Notes: a model not told the origin generated them from the letters alone. A stretch of DNA of 64,000 nt from Octopus sinensis (GCF_006345805.1 NC_043003.1:67518001-67582000); one strand, 5' to 3'. Positions 40,268 to 55,575 are shown, counted from the stretch's first letter. Made by a program: numbers and translations.

Positions 40268-40921
40268 ATTTACATACTTTCGTTTGACATAGTTTCCTTA
40301 TTCTCTTTATTTCTTTAGTTCTAGATTATTCGTGACATATTCTTTAATAACGGAACAAAATTAGCTTGAATGTTACATGACACAGTCAATACATTTCATG
40401 GATGCAACAATAGAGAGAACAAATAAGCATTCAAATATTTCTTCTTCATTCTAAATCATTGTTTCTCATAACTAGGTCATATATATTCCGAAATTGGAAT
40501 ATTTCCCGGCATTATCACGCTTCACACTGAAAAATTAATTGAATATTTTAATTTATTTTGATCACTGTTAAGATATTCTTACAATTTCGAATTCAAAAAC
40601 TATATCCGTCGATAGAATACACTGCAGATATTTAACAGTTCACCGAATTATAGTAAACTTAATTGTTTACAAATACATAGCAGGTATACATAATAAATAT
40701 GTGTGTAAGCGGGTGCATGTGTGTATGTGTGTGTGTGTGTGTGTGTGCGCGCACACACACAAATAGAAGACGTTGTCGTAGAGTAATAGATGCACTCAAA
40801 TACGTGCTGGAGTCCTACTGTTCAACTAAGGTACTTTTTATATATTGGAGTCTTTCGCCAAACCGCTTCCGGATAGACACACAAACGTATGTATTCTTAT
40901 ATGCATGCATATATATATATA

Positions 40922-42440
40922 TAGTTAATCCAAACAAGAAAACACAGAAAAAAACAGCAACGCGAGGACGTGGAACAATTAAAGTATTATTTGACGCTCA
41001 GGAAAGAAGGGAAGTAGGGTTTAACGTTTCGAGCGGAGCTCTTCGTCGGAAACAAGGAGAAGGAAAGATCCCAAGAAAGGAAGACAGAGGAAAAAATATT
41101 TTTGCTGGTGGTGCTCAAGAGATCACATGTTGATCACATATATATATCATCAAAATAAGCAACAAGGATATCCAGAGGTAATGCAGTACGATCGTTTCAT
41201 GCAACTCCATTGACTTGAACAATGCAATCATTACATCAATTAAAAACGTAGAGAAATCTTCAGCTGCACAAAGACATAGAATTGAATTAAATTAGAACAG
41301 ATGTACATATTAGTATAACTATACCTAAAATCTCCAAGAAGTTAAGGCGAAAGACAAAGAACATGCTGTCCGAACTCCAGTTTAGAAGTTACTGAATTTT
41401 TCAAGAAGATATACATTGTTACAGACTCTGCCAGTCAGTGATTTTTTTTGTTTGTTTTTATGGTGTCAGTTTTAATTTTCTAGACTAGTTTATTAAATCC
41501 CTTGTATATCTAAGTCTGATAGAACAGAGGGCCGTATCTATTGGGAGTAGGGCTGAAGGTGCAGACAGACATCTTATTTGGTATAGTCATAAAAATCAAT
41601 GTTGCTATATTGTATACAGTTAAAGTTTAGGCTTATTCAAGGGTTTATTAAGATATTATGACAAAAAGATACACATTTATGAATATTTGTGAGTACATAC
41701 CCAACTTTTACCATAGTAGCGGGAGGAAAAGAAATTATCCAAAAATAGTTTAATATTTATACATATTGTACACTTAAATACTAACTCATTAGATGGTATC
41801 TGGGAATATTGATTAATTGGTATATACTGGTATTAATAAAGGAGTATTGAGGTAAAGGAACAAGTCAATAATATATTAATAAAATTATTATCTAAGCAGA
41901 ATTTGTTTTATAAGTAGTGAATATACCAGTATAATTTTATATTAGCTAAGTATGAATTTATAGAGATTCGAAAATTAGATTAATTTTATAAATAAACAAA
42001 AGCTAATTATAAAATAATAAAGAAATAAAATAAAATAATCAAATAGGGCAGAACACTATAGAAAAGGAAATAAAATGGCTTAATTACTAATACTATGGTA
42101 AACTATATGTAGCTTATTAACACCCATAGAGAAGATTTTTAGAAAAAGTAAAATAATTCAGAATATATCAGACTAAAAATTATATATTTACTTATTTAGC
42201 AAATATCAATAAAAGACTGATGTCTGGTATCGGCTTGAGGAATATTTAGGGTAGAGCATCATAAAAAAGGAATAAAAACAGCCTAATCACTAAAAACCTC
42301 AATAAAATATCCATACCTTATTAACTTCAATAACATGTATAATAACTTAAGAATTATGAGCTAAAATTGTTAATTAACTTATTTAGCTTATTATAGTCAG
42401 GACTGAAAACGGGTACTGTTTTAAAAAATAATTGTTGTTA
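40922..42440 (-). mobile_element. Penelope-like 3' terminus (40922-41140) with hammerhead-like motif, plus AT-rich probable decayed body
   Basis: Terminus abuts (TA)n. Hammerhead topology at 40987-41055. The extent beyond 41140 is uncertain, with only weak PLE-like peptide remnants. Confidence 0.45.
40987..41055 (-). ncRNA. Variant hammerhead-like motif (core CCGACGA)
   Basis: Minus strand: ttgttt-CCGACGA-a-gagc/tcc/gctc-GAAA-cg...cg-UC-aaataa. Helices I, II and III can all be drawn and the triplet is GUC. Confidence 0.5.
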
Positions 42441-43001
42441 AAAGGACATGCCTGCAACAAATTAAGATCTCTCCATCGAAAAGTGTCATGCATTATATTC
42501 AGATATATCACTTGGAATTCTCTGACTATTTGAAAGTGTCAGCAATTGTCTTGCTTCTTTTGGAACTGATGACCTTTCTACGATATACTGTACACTACGA
42601 CACTACGTAATGTCTTGTTAAAAAGTATGGTGATGCACAGGAAAGGGTCAATTGTATGAGTAGCGTCAGAATCCATACATGCACACAGACATGTAAACAG
42701 ACACATGTTTAGAAACACACACACACACACATGCATGCACGCGCAAACGCAAATGTATATATTCAAATTATGTAATCGTAACATTTCTACAATGTAAACA
42801 TCACTAATATCGCATACTAATTACGTGTGTGATTATTTACGCTATGAGCCGCGGTTTCTTGTCTGGGATAAAGAAAATTAGAGAGATATAATTTTGATAA
42901 TTACTCCATAATTCTTAGCTACACGATACGAAATCTTCTCGGAAAGGATGTTGAGAGTGGCATTTACTGTGTTTCGCTGTTTTAGCATCTTATCAATGTG
43001 C

Positions 43002-43065
<64 letters not shown>

Positions 43066-43097
43066 AATGTATATGTATATATATGCATATATATTAT

Positions 43098-43152
<55 letters not shown>

Positions 43153-45261
43153 TATATATGTAAAAGAGAGAGACAGAGTCAGAGCGATATATATATATGA
43201 GAGGTATTGATATCCAGAAGATCCACGATTACAGGTATGGCTATGTAAGTGCTACGGGTGGACCGTAGTTAGACTCTCGTTTCGATAATAATACGAGTGA
43301 GGAGTATAATGCAAGTCTTGCATGAGTATGTGTATGTTCAATAAAATGAGAGTGCAAAGCTGAGCTGAAGGTATTCTGTGTCAAACAGCTTTACTCTGCG
43401 TGCTTTATCTTCCTTACTAAGACAACAGTCCAAATACTTATTGATCAGACCACGTGTTGAATATATGTGTGTATATGTCCCTGCGTGTGTGTAATTTCGG
43501 TGGTGCAAACACGTCAAATGAAGCTGAATTTCATCTGCAAGAATGCAAGAGACATCATAGCAATATTGTCGTCACCGGCTAACTCATGAAATGCTGTAAC
43601 AATATCGTCGTCAATCGATCACCCTGGACTGTAACGTAGAGCATTATCTGAATTCTGACTGGTAATGTACTGCAAAATACGATAGATATATTGCACACCT
43701 TTTAGTACCACTAAGGAATTGCAAAACTATATAATTTAAGTTTGTCTTGTGAAGTGAATTATCATAAATGCTACTGAGAAATTATGAATAAAGTAAAAAT
43801 AGTGAAGGAACTAAAATTTCTTTAATCTCACCCGATATTTCGGACTCCAGCATTCACAATTCTGCGTTTAAATGAACGATCAATATGGTGATAAAGACTT
43901 CCTCCTTAGGGATATTATTCGTTTTTCACCAACAGAAATTAGTCTCAGTTGAAACAAGAAGATAATCATTCTTGGCAGATCAATAAGCAAACAGACAAAT
44001 AGCCATTTGGAGATAAAATTATGTGTATTACAAGTGGATATCTTTTAATCTATTGCATTAATACATTTTTAGCGAATGGTTTTTAGGAAATTATTGTTTT
44101 ATATAAGTATCTGTTAGAGCTTGTATCCATATAAAACGACATTCGCGCACAGTATTTTGAGAGATGTAGACTAGGATATCGTTTGGAAAATTGTTACGAA
44201 TCAAATAATAAATTCTCAATAGTCAAACACCATTATACACTGTAATTATTCGAAATAATTTTTTTTAAATACACCATCATGCTTGCAGACGGATGTAAAC
44301 AAAGTAGCGCGAGGAAAGAGAATGTGTCAAAAACATTGCATTTGTCGTGGTTCTAAGTTATTGATAGAAAGGGTGGAACTCGTATAATATATGAATAGTC
44401 ATACTGCAGATCTTTCACACAGAAGGTCTCATTACAATAATGCTTCTCCAGAGCTAGGAACTTACAAAGATCTTTAAATATATCTAGAAATAACCAATAT
44501 AAAGTGCCAACACAATTTCATGAGGTGAAAGTATACCCACCAAGAAGGGAAAATATGTGTTCTACTACCCTCCGTATATTCGCGCAGACTTTACTATCAC
44601 GTTTTCAAGCAGAGTGTCAGACGATATTGTTTTCCGTTTGTTTTAAATTGTTATGTCTTCCTGTATTTGTTTGCAAGAAGACTATTTATATCCCAAATCA
44701 TGTTTCTTTATTATATCTGGTGTAAGGTATACTCTTCGCTGAAGAGATATAATAAGAATAAAACATGTCCTGAGTTGTTTAGAATGCTTTCGAGCACAGA
44801 TTCAATACTTAATGCATTGTTCGCCGAAGTTGATTGTTACAAAAATGATTCAAAAGCCCCGCTACGTAAATGAATTTAATTCGATAACATTTATTAGGTG
44901 AGTGTATTGAGTAAGTTGCCGCAAATATTTGCAATTTCTTTTGGATACAGCTGGCGTTTCGACGAATTTTTCTTAGAACTTTGTAATTAAAAAGGTGTAC
45001 AAGAAATTTTGCGTTTGCCTCGTATTTGCCGCCACATATAGTTATGTATATATGCTTATATACACAGACGTGTATATGTGCATGTCTGTGTGTATGATTG
45101 CATGTATGAGTGTGTACGTATCTGTGTGTTTTTATATATCCTCTCTAGGTATGTTAAGCGTTTGCCTCTTCTTACGCTGTTTAACGTGAAGAGCAGCCAC
45201 AGGCCTTTTAAAAGCCAAACTGAGAACGATTCTTGTTGTCACTGTTTTTATTGTTGTTGTT

Positions 45262-45884
45262 AAGGCTGCGAGCTGGCAGAATCGTTAACACGCTAAGCAA
45301 AATGCTTAGCGGCATTTCGCCCGTCGCTGCGTTCTGAGTTCGATTTCCACTGAAGTCGACTTTTCCTTTAATCAATTCGGGGTGGATAAATTGAGTAGCA
45401 GTTACGTACTGGGGTCAATAGAATCGACTATCCAACTCATTTACCTTTTGACTATAGTAGAAAGGATTATTGCTGTTGTTGATAAGGCGGCGAGTTGGCA
45501 GAATCGTGAGCATGCCGGGTGGAAAGATTAGCGGTATTTCGTCTGCCGTTACGTTCTGAGTTCAAATTCCGCGGAGGTCGACTTTGCCTTTCATCATTTC
45601 GGGGTCGATTAAATAAGTACCAGTTACGCACTGGGGTCGATATAATCGACTTAATTCCTTTGTTTGACCTTGTTTGTCTCCTCTGTGTTTAGCCCCTTGT
45701 GGGTAGTAAAGAAATAGGTATTTCGTCTGCAGCCAAGTTCTGAGTTCAAATTCCGCCTAGGTTGACTTTGCTTTTCATCATTTCTGGGTCGGTGAAATAA
45801 GTACCAGTCAAGTGCTGGGGTCAATGTAAACAAATTGCCCCCTTCCCTCAAATTCCAGTCCATGTACCTGTAGTAGAAATGATT
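45262..45884 (+). mobile_element. Cluster of three SINE-A units
   Basis: Units at 45262-45430, 45486-45716 and 45717-45884 (the last lacks its head). Confidence 0.75.
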
Positions 45885-47204
45885 AATGCTGTTGTTATTA
45901 TTTTATTTTAGTTGCATCCACATGGGTTTCTGAGAGGTGTGGCCTCGTATATTTGCGACTGGTTTTTATTTCTCCTACCACTTTGTGCGAGGTTGTTTAC
46001 AGTTTGTATAAGGGGAGAATATATATATTTAGCCTTAAAGATATCTCGTTGTATTTATTTCTGAACATTGATAAAGTACATTGCAGCACAATGATTAAAT
46101 AATTATGACGGTAATTTGTCGAAAACGCGTGTACATTCTGTAAAACATTGACTGCCCTACGTATTTTAGATATGTTATCATTCGAATATACATTCACATA
46201 ATAATATATTTGCATTTGTATATAAAAAAAATATGAAAATGAAGACATACTTATTTTGGATTATAAACTGTTCGGTTACATGAATTACATGAATGTAATT
46301 GAGATATCGCATGAGCTTCTATACTGCCTTTTAAAACTAACAACAGCAGACAAATATACCTAAAAAAATTCCAACTTCGTATTAATGGAAGTATATGGTT
46401 ATTTATGATTCCAAAATTCATTATTTCTAAATATGAGATATATGTTCCTGATTGCAAAATATTTGTATACAATTCTGTTTTATTACGCGGGATAACTTGG
46501 GGGCTTACGAACATCAACATTATAAAAATCAAGTACGGCACATTTCCCACTATTTAAAAATTGTACCGATGTGCCTCGACGAAAACTAATCATTGTTAAA
46601 AGATCTCAGAAGTTTCGTAGGAATAGAAAATCGACAACGAGTAAAAAAGTTGTGGTATAACTAGTAGCATAATAAATTTGTTAACATCAAATCTATATCT
46701 GAAGAATAAAAAATCAGAAAACCATGAAACATTGTGCTAGACTCTTTGGAAATCGTGTTCATGTTTTAGCGTTTCTACTGAACTGCAAAAAAAAAGCCAA
46801 CATATTAATAACGTTAATGTTTAGTGAAGCAAAAGAGTTGAAAGAAAGTTACATTCCCCAATTTAATTATACTATCGGAAGGAATGTGCAACAACAAAAA
46901 AATGGTTTTCTCTGATGTTCATATATCTGTGAGTATGTATTCGTATATGTCTGGATACGCATACTGACAAACGAAAATAAACGCTTTCATGCAGAATAGT
47001 GAGAAACGTACATTAGGCGCACCCATACACAAACACACACACACACATATTCCCATGCGCACACGCGTGCACACGCACCCACACGTTGTGCATTTGTGAG
47101 TATATTTTGTATTTATATTTGTATTTGTATATATGTTTTGGTTTTATGTTTGTGCATGTAGCTACGTATGCATGTATACGCTATGTAGATATGAGGGAAG
47201 GTAG

Positions 47205-47390
47205 CGCACTGGGAGAATCGTTACCAAGCATGGAAAAATAAGTTGCGAATTCCAAATCCACCGAGGTTTACTTGGTCTTTCCACGTTTCGGGGTCGATAA
47301 AATAAGTACCTGTTAAACACGGGGTCGAAGTAATCGACTTACTTCCTCCCTCGAAATTACTGGATTTGTGCCAAAATTTCAAATCAATAT
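47205..47390 (+). mobile_element. SINE family A, short variant
   Basis: ttcggggtcgataaaataagtacc..gtaatcgacttacttcctccc. Confidence 0.6.
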
Positions 47391-48084
47391 CTATGTGTAC
47401 GAGAAATATCTTCAAATTCCAACAGTTCTATTAGGAGCCGAAGGGAACTTGGTTTGGGATGAAATATCACCAGGACCAAGTTATTACCTAACAGTTTAAT
47501 GGGTGGAAAACAACAGTCTTTTTTATTTACTAGCGAAATTAAGAGCAAGGATTCCCTATGCAACCAAAGAAAAAGATTTAAAAATATTGTTCGCTGTAAC
47601 TCTTTCTCTTTTACTAGAGCTCTTTCAAATCCAGGATTCATTATAATGCACTGCATCAAATATGCATACGCATAATAGTGATTAAGAGAAGGCAGATGGC
47701 CACGTAAAGCTACATCAGCACTAGTCGTTTTTATCGTATGTTTCTACATAACCACACGTTTCCATCATGGCTTAGCGTTTAATAATTTATTTGTTGTTTG
47801 TAAATTAGCCGTTTTATAGCTATGGGGTCTTGATACTTCAGTTATTCATACTTCGAAGCCTGGTATTTATTGTTGATGTTGTCACTGTTGCTGTGGTTCT
47901 GCAAGTCCTTGCATCGCATTTACATCCTACTTATCCTTTCTATCCAGTGCACATTTAAAACACCTAAGTACCCCAAAGAGGCTGAAATATTGTCATTGCC
48001 GAAACTCAAGCAGGAATAAGCGATTGAAGATATTAGCTTTACAGCTATATATATACACACACACACACACCACACACACACACA

Positions 48085-48193
<109 letters not shown>

Positions 48194-49549
48194 GCACACA
48201 GAAAAATTGATGAAATCAGCAGGTAGTAATGTTTCTCCAGGAAGGAGAATTACGATTGTTACTAAATGTGACCAGGTTGTTAATGACACCTACATTGCAA
48301 AGAATAAGCGCTAAAAGGATCTAATGCTGTAGTTAACACACATGAGTGAACAAATTTAAACTAGCAGGGACCATAAGTTTCCGAAAAATACCGACATCAT
48401 TGGTTAAGCAAGCAGAGTATTCGACTATTTCCGGACCTGTCTGTCTATTCCTATATGTGTTTGCGTTATTCAAAGTAATGGATAATTTAGCGATTCGCTA
48501 ATGTGTGTACAGAAAATTAATGTAAGCAGCAGGTTGAAATGTTTCACGAAAAAGAAGAATTATAATTATCACTAAATATGACTAGGATGTCAAACACGCC
48601 TACATTGCCAGAAATAAGAACTAAAATGCTCTAATTTCTGAACAACTCTCGAGATACTTACACGCATATAAATGTATTTTCGCTCAATGCGGTGGGAATG
48701 AATTTTGAATAGCCGTTAACTTAATTTAATTTACTTTAAGGTATGGATGATATAAGCTTACATTTAACCTCCCTATTTTTAAAAACACAAAGTAGAGAGC
48801 TAACTCACTTTGTGATCATAAGTGCACCAAACCTCACGTGTGCGTATGCTTACATTTTTGCGGATGCTTGTGTAAGTGAGTGTATTCGCGAATTTTAAAT
48901 ACTTTTAAATACTTTTCTCGCTGGATTGTGTGTTCGTTTCTCCTTTTGCCATATGTGAATTATTTTTGATCTTCTATAGAAATAAAGACAATTCTTCGGT
49001 CTGGCTGCTTTTATTTCTACAAAACATGAAGTTACATTGCGGTACATTTATTTAAAGAATGGTGTTTTTTTTTAAAATCCGACGAGATACATCTACACAC
49101 CCAGATGCTCCTGAACCAGTTGTTGAGTGTCCCACCCATAAGGAATCGATGCTAGATGTGTCGAAACAATTCTGGTGATTAATAATAATACTCGTGTATC
49201 CCATCTTCCGTCTTTCATATATATATGTGTGTGTGTGTGTGTGTATGTATCTATGTATGTATATATTTTCTTCAGGGTGAATAAAAACAATATTTATGCG
49301 CTTTGAGTACTCAGATATTTAAGCCACTAAAGTTTCGGTGTGAATCACAGTTGACGTTGTGGTTTTGTGACTGCCATATAACTCACAAATTTAAATTAAA
49401 ACTTAGAAGCAAACAAATTGGCAGGACTTCGCAAGGACATTTAATTCAATTTCATTATATACCTTTCGTTATATAACTAAATTAAATTAAATGTCCTCTA
49501 CAATCTTGACCAATTTGTTTGCCTCTGCTTTTTAACTTAACCTATATAT

Positions 49550-49582
<33 letters not shown>

Positions 49583-49588
49583 CACATG

Positions 49589-49656
<68 letters not shown>

Positions 49657-50240
49657 CATACATAAATACATATATATATATATGTATGTATATGTATGTA
49701 TGAATGTATGTATACGTAAGTAATTTTGTTCTCCAACTCAGGATAATGCTAATAGAATAGCATGAACAGGATAAACTACCCATATTTTGCAGAAAAAATG
49801 AGTCGGCAGCCAAAATGGAACTCGTTATTCAAGACCAAGCTGATTGGAGAGATGATATGAAGTTTCTGTTCCACTTGAGCAATATATTAATATTTAGCAG
49901 AGGTAACAGATTGACGCAGGTTCCGAGAGTTTCGTGACTTTGTGCCACTCTGTTACTTCTGCTCTTCTAAATATTATATAGATTTATTTATATTTTGAGT
50001 TAAATTTTCCTGTTTGCATCAACATACCTGTTTCACATGTCATTGTACAAAGTCTTCAGGCATCTTGCTTTTTTCACATCACATTACACACATATATGTC
50101 TATGTGTATATGTGTGTGTGCGTGTTTCTTTGTGTATGAATTCGTGTATGCGCTCATACGTTTCTATATCACATAACGTGTTTATATATATATATATATA
50201 AGCCTACATAGATATATTATGTAATGTATATTTATGCATA

Positions 50241-51071
50241 AAGGTGGCGAGCGGCCAGAAACGTTAGCACGCCGGGCGAAATGCTTTCTGGTATTTAGTC
50301 TGCCGCTGCGTTCTGAGTTCAAATTCCGCCGAGGTTGACTTTGCCTTTCATCCTTTCGGGGTCGATAAATTAATCGACTTAATCATTTTGCCTGTCGTTG
50401 TTTGTCCCCTCTATGTTTAGTCCCTTGTGGGCAAAAAAGAAATAAGAAACGTTAGCACGCCGGGCGAAATGCTTAGCGATATTTCGTCTAACTGTACGTT
50501 CTGAGTTCAAATTCCGCCGAGGTTGACTTTGCCTTTCATCCTTTCGTGGTCGATAAATTAAGCACCAGTTACACACTGGGGTCGATGTAATCGACTTAAT
50601 CCGTTTGTCTGGTCTTGTTTGTCCTCTCTGTGTGTAGCCCCTTGTGGTCAGTAAAGAAATAAGAAACGTTAGCACGCCGAGAATGCCTAGATATTTCGTC
50701 TGTCTTTCGTTCTGACTTCAAATTCCGCTGATATCGACTTTGCCTATCATCCTTGCGGGCTCGATAAATTAACTACCAGTTGCATACTGGAGTCGATCTA
50801 ATCGACTGGCTCCCTCTGCCCCACCAAAAATATATCAGGCCTTGTGCCTAGAATAGAAAACAATATATATTTATGCATGAAGGGAGCGAGCTTGCAGAAC
50901 ATTTAGCACGGTGGTTAAGATGCTTACCAGTATTTCGTTCGACTTTAATTTCTGATTTCAAATCTTACCAAGGTCGACTTCATCTTTTAACCCTTTCGGG
51001 GTCAATTAAACAGGTATCAGTTAAGCAACGGTGTCCCCTAAGTTGCTGGGCATATGACAAAATTTGAAACC
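50241..51071 (+). mobile_element. SINE-A trimer (50241-50862) plus a decayed fourth copy (50880-51071)
   Basis: Junctions aaagaaata|agaaacgttagc at 50444/50445 and 50661/50662. Confidence 0.75.
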
Positions 51072-51164
51072 AGTATATATTTATGCATGTTCTACATTTC
51101 ATACAATCGGGCATGTGTTTATATACCTGTAAAAATTAGGCATGATAATATTTAAAATCAAAAC

Positions 51165-51422
51165 AATAAATAAATGCGCCCTTTTAAATCCTAGCCAGGC
51201 TCATGGGCCCGATTTCCCGGTTTCAATTGCGTGTTTGTACCCCAGCTGGACGGGACGCCAATCCATCGCAGTGTTACTCATTTTTACCAGCTGAGTGGAC
51301 TGGAGCAACGTGAAATGAAGTGTTTTGCTCAAAAACACAACGTGTCGCCCGGTCCTAGAATTGAAACCACAATGTTACGATCATGATGCTGACACCCTAA
51401 CCAATAAGCCACGCGCCTTCAC
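51165..51422 (-). mobile_element. tRNA-derived SINE family C (MetaSINE-like central motif)
   Basis: tRNA-like head, ctgcgatggattggcgtcccgtccagc motif, gaaaccggg..atttattt tail. Near-duplicate at 60055-60303. Confidence 0.7.
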
Positions 51423-52009
51423 AATATTTAAAATTAATGAAATTTATTTAAAGTTCCTCTCGATTTTGAACACAAAGACTAGCCAGCTATTTAAACTATA
51501 TACTTAAGGAATCTTTTTACACAATTAAATGCCTGAATGCTAATTTATTTAAATATGAATACACCTAATTGTTTATGTTGAATTTCTGCGACTGTTGTGT
51601 AATCTGACCATTTATTTTCAATAAAAACATCTCTGAATAATTTATAGAATTTGTATTTGCTGAATAATGCTTTTATTATATTTTGAAAGATTTGCGCATA
51701 ATATTTCGGAAACATTTTAAAATGCATGTGCATATTCGACCAATTATAGGATGGTGGTAAAATATGAAACATAAATTTCATTATAAACTGGCAATACTTC
51801 GCGTAAGGAATTTTAATAAGCAGGCGTCTGAATTCACTAACAATTGAGATTGATTTATATGTCACTCAAGAAATAATTTTCAGGTATCAACACATTAATA
51901 TATGGTCAGTATCTAAATGTTAAGTCGGTTTTCCTTATATTTTGGCGGATAGTATTTCATGCAAAAATGTGAATATATTTGGGCTAACATAAAACTTACA
52001 ATCGTTATA

Positions 52010-52182
52010 GGCACAGTCAAGGAAGTGGTGTTAAGAATCTTACTTTGCATCCAAGTGGTCTTGGGTTCAATTCCATTGAGTGTCACCTTGAATAAGTGCC
52101 TTCTTCTATAGATACGAACCGACCAGTTCCTTGCTAGTGAACCTAATTGACAGAAAATGTCTTGAGACCCGTCATAAATATA

Positions 52183-52225
<43 letters not shown>

Positions 52226-52383
52226 TTCGTTTGTCTTTACGTTCTGTGTTCAAATTATGCCAAGGTTGGCTTTCATCATTTCGGGTTCGATAAATTGAGT
52301 ACCTGTTGCTTACTGAGGTCGATGTAATCGACTGGGTCCCCTCACCCATAATTTCGGGCCTTTTGCCTACAGTAGAAAATATT
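52010..52383 (+). mobile_element. Decayed SINE-B (52010-52175) followed by a SINE-A fragment (52222-52383)
   Basis: Similarity to the 61609 and 27896 copies. Confidence 0.55.
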
Positions 52384-52727
52384 AGCATCTATATATAGTG
52401 CCGGGGAACTGTGTGTGTGCGTGTATTAGTGGTAGCATCCCCACTGCTAACCAACTGTGAGTGAATTTCCTTCGCTGTAACTTAGCCGAAAAATGTAGCT
52501 GAAAAATAAAAACAGATGTAAACAATTGCCAATTTGTTCGATGCGAATCAACAGATACGAAAATTGAGAAGAGGATTCTGGACAAGAGAAGAAGAGGATT
52601 CTGGACATATGAAAAGAATGATATGCATATATATGTGTACATATATATATATATAGGGAGAGAGAGAGGAGAGAGAGAAGGACACAAAGAGATGTGTATT
52701 TATATATATATATGTGTGTGTGTGTAA

Positions 52728-52813
<86 letters not shown>

Positions 52814-55263
52814 GTTCATGTGTGTATGTATATATTTATATTTGTATGTGCCTGTTTATCTATCTTGCTATACACACACACACACACATACACACACCCA
52901 TATATATATATATATATATATATAATGTATATATAGGTTGCATCTTCGTAGGATATGTCATCATAGGTTTCACCATGCGAATAATTAGTTTTGTTATGTA
53001 TGATACCATTACTTATTATTAATTCAATTCTTTCAAGTCAAACGATGTGAAGCGGAACTTACAGTATAATATGTAAGTACAATTTATAATCCGATGTAGT
53101 TTTGAAGTGAAATGGGAATAGTCTATTTTGTTTTTTACAAATAGAAAATATTACTTGCACTGATTTATATAAATATCTAATTTATATTATTTCCAACATG
53201 ATTTGACGTGTGACCCGGAGATGTATTTATTTATAAGTTAAATTTCGAATGCAAAACAGACATGCCGAAACATGTATAACAACAACTGACATATGTATAA
53301 GTATTCAGCATACAGATCTATTAACAGACTTATGTGTACGGAGAAGAACGCGTACTAATATTCACAAACAATCAATAAAAGCACAATTTATGGACGAATT
53401 TGATGTGCGAACTCCTCGTAGTTTTAAATAATGCATTCGTCTCTGCAAAATCTAAGAATTATAGTCTTCCCTTGACACAAAAATGCATATTTTTACATAT
53501 TAAATGACTTAGTAGTGCATAATTTACATATTTAATTAAATTATCAAATGTATTGTAAAACAAATTACCGTTTTCTTAGAACTGACGTTCTTAAGGTTTT
53601 GTACATGTCATTTATTTTCAATTTTCTTGCTTGATAGGACATTTTTTAATCATTTACAACAAAAATAAATAATATAATCTTTGAGTTTAGAACATCAAAG
53701 TTTTGCTTTTTCCAATGTATCAATTTAACAAAAGCTTGCGAGCAAGCGACGAAGAATGTTTCGTCGAATTTATTGTTTCTGAGAATGGTTTTCCAAACTT
53801 TTTATGATCTTCATTTGCTGAAAGTTTTTATTACTGCAGCATAAGTGATGTTCTTTCCATGCATGAATTGCATAATGTTGCTTCACTTCATAGTTGCTTC
53901 ACTTTTCTTCAACAAACTATATCATTCTTATGGAGAGTAAAACCGATTCCAAGGCTTCAAACGAATAAATAAGCAAAAAAATAAATGTAATGTTTCTGGG
54001 AGTGTAACTTGAGTGACTAAAAAACCCGTGGAGCTCTAAATCAATGATTCTCTAAATATTTTCCTTTGCATCGCTTTCATTTCTCATTCATTAATATTAC
54101 CCAATTCCCACCTAAATATCTATCTGAATATTTATTTACGAATGAATTTCAGCCATGCATACCGAAACCATTGTTTAAACTGCAATTTGTCTGCCCCTCC
54201 TAGCTGCTTCTCATGCTCTCCATGGTCTACGCTTATTTCACAAACCAATTAAAGAGACAGCAATAGAACAGAGATAAATATCATAGGGAACCACAAGTTT
54301 ACGATTCGTATAGACTAATCATTTACATGCATACGTACACACACACATATATATATATATATATGCACACGAATACACACACACATATATAAATATGTAT
54401 GTATGTATATAGGTATGTATATATATGCGTGTGTTTATGTATAAATATGTATATATATATATATATATATATAAAACTTATTATTATATACGAATCCTAA
54501 TATGTATATATAACTATAACAGAATAGGAAATTTATGTAGATATCGCTAGAAGTTATTTTGATTTTCTAATAAAGTTATAATTCTTACCGATAGACACAT
54601 ACACGGCTTAGTGGTTAAGGTGATGCGCTCACGATCGAAAGGTCGTTGTTTCGGTGCCAAGATAATACCTTTTCTTCTTGAGCTTTACACTGTATTTCGT
54701 GCTACGCTCTTGTTCACTCTGCAGGAAATAGTTAACATTGCGACGAATTAGCATCCCAAGCATTGGGATGTTGTGCACGATAATATTCATGCGCCATAGA
54801 GATGAGGTAAACGGCCTCGAGAGACTTTTGAGACAGTAATGTCCAGGGGACTTTAATGATGCGCAAGCGTAAAACCAACAAAACGAAAATGCCAGCTTCA
54901 GAATCGGTCTCTGCCATATACAAGATGAAGAAACTGTGAAGTGCTTCACGTAAGGCTTAGGATAATTTGTGAGAGAGTATTTTGCAACTCTACTTACACC
55001 TAAAGTTATTATTTATAAATTAATCAACAGGCAACACTAATCTACTTCTTATAGGATTTCCGTTACGTAATACATTAAATTCATTCTAGATTACTTGGAT
55101 GGAACCTCGATACAAGACTTTATTTTGTTCAAGGTGGGGGTGTACTATATCAATCGTATAGCAATCCCTAATTTTATTCTAAGATCAAGAAAGCACATAC
55201 ACCTATAATGGTAAACTGTTTTATATGATACGATACGCTTTCTTTTATTATCAAATTTTGAAA

Positions 55264-55373
55264 AAAGCGGCGAGCTGGCAGAACCTTTAGCATAAATAAA
55301 AAAATGCTTAGCTGCATGTCATCTCTCTTTACGTTCTGAGTCTAAATTCTGCCGAGGTCGAGTTTGCCTCCAT
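55264..55373 (+). mobile_element. SINE-A head fragment
   Basis: gcggcgagctggcagaac..gttctgagtctaaattctgccgaggtcg. Confidence 0.6.
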
Positions 55374-55394
55374 GCGTCTATAAACACAATAAGC

Positions 55395-55575
55395 ATAAAG
55401 TTTCAGAGATGGTAAGAACTGTTCAGGGACTTAGACATGAAGATCTCAACATCCGCAAAATTTGTGCTAAGTTTGCTCCCAGTGACGAAAAGAAGGAAAG
55501 GCACGTTGGTGACAGGAGGGAGAGAGTTGATCTCATTACCTCCAGTCCAAGATCATTCGCATCTCTGATGACCTG
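55395..55575 (+). pseudogene. mariner transposase fragment
   Basis: TVQGLRHEDLNIRKICAKF..SDEKKERHVGD.RE.V.LI.S.P....LMTC. Confidence 0.65.

Noticed and set aside
41140-42440. Possible NUMT (very AT-rich, strand-biased)
   Set aside because: No mitochondrial gene motif could be read in any frame, and it is contiguous with a PLE-like terminus. A BLASTN against cephalopod mitogenomes would settle it.
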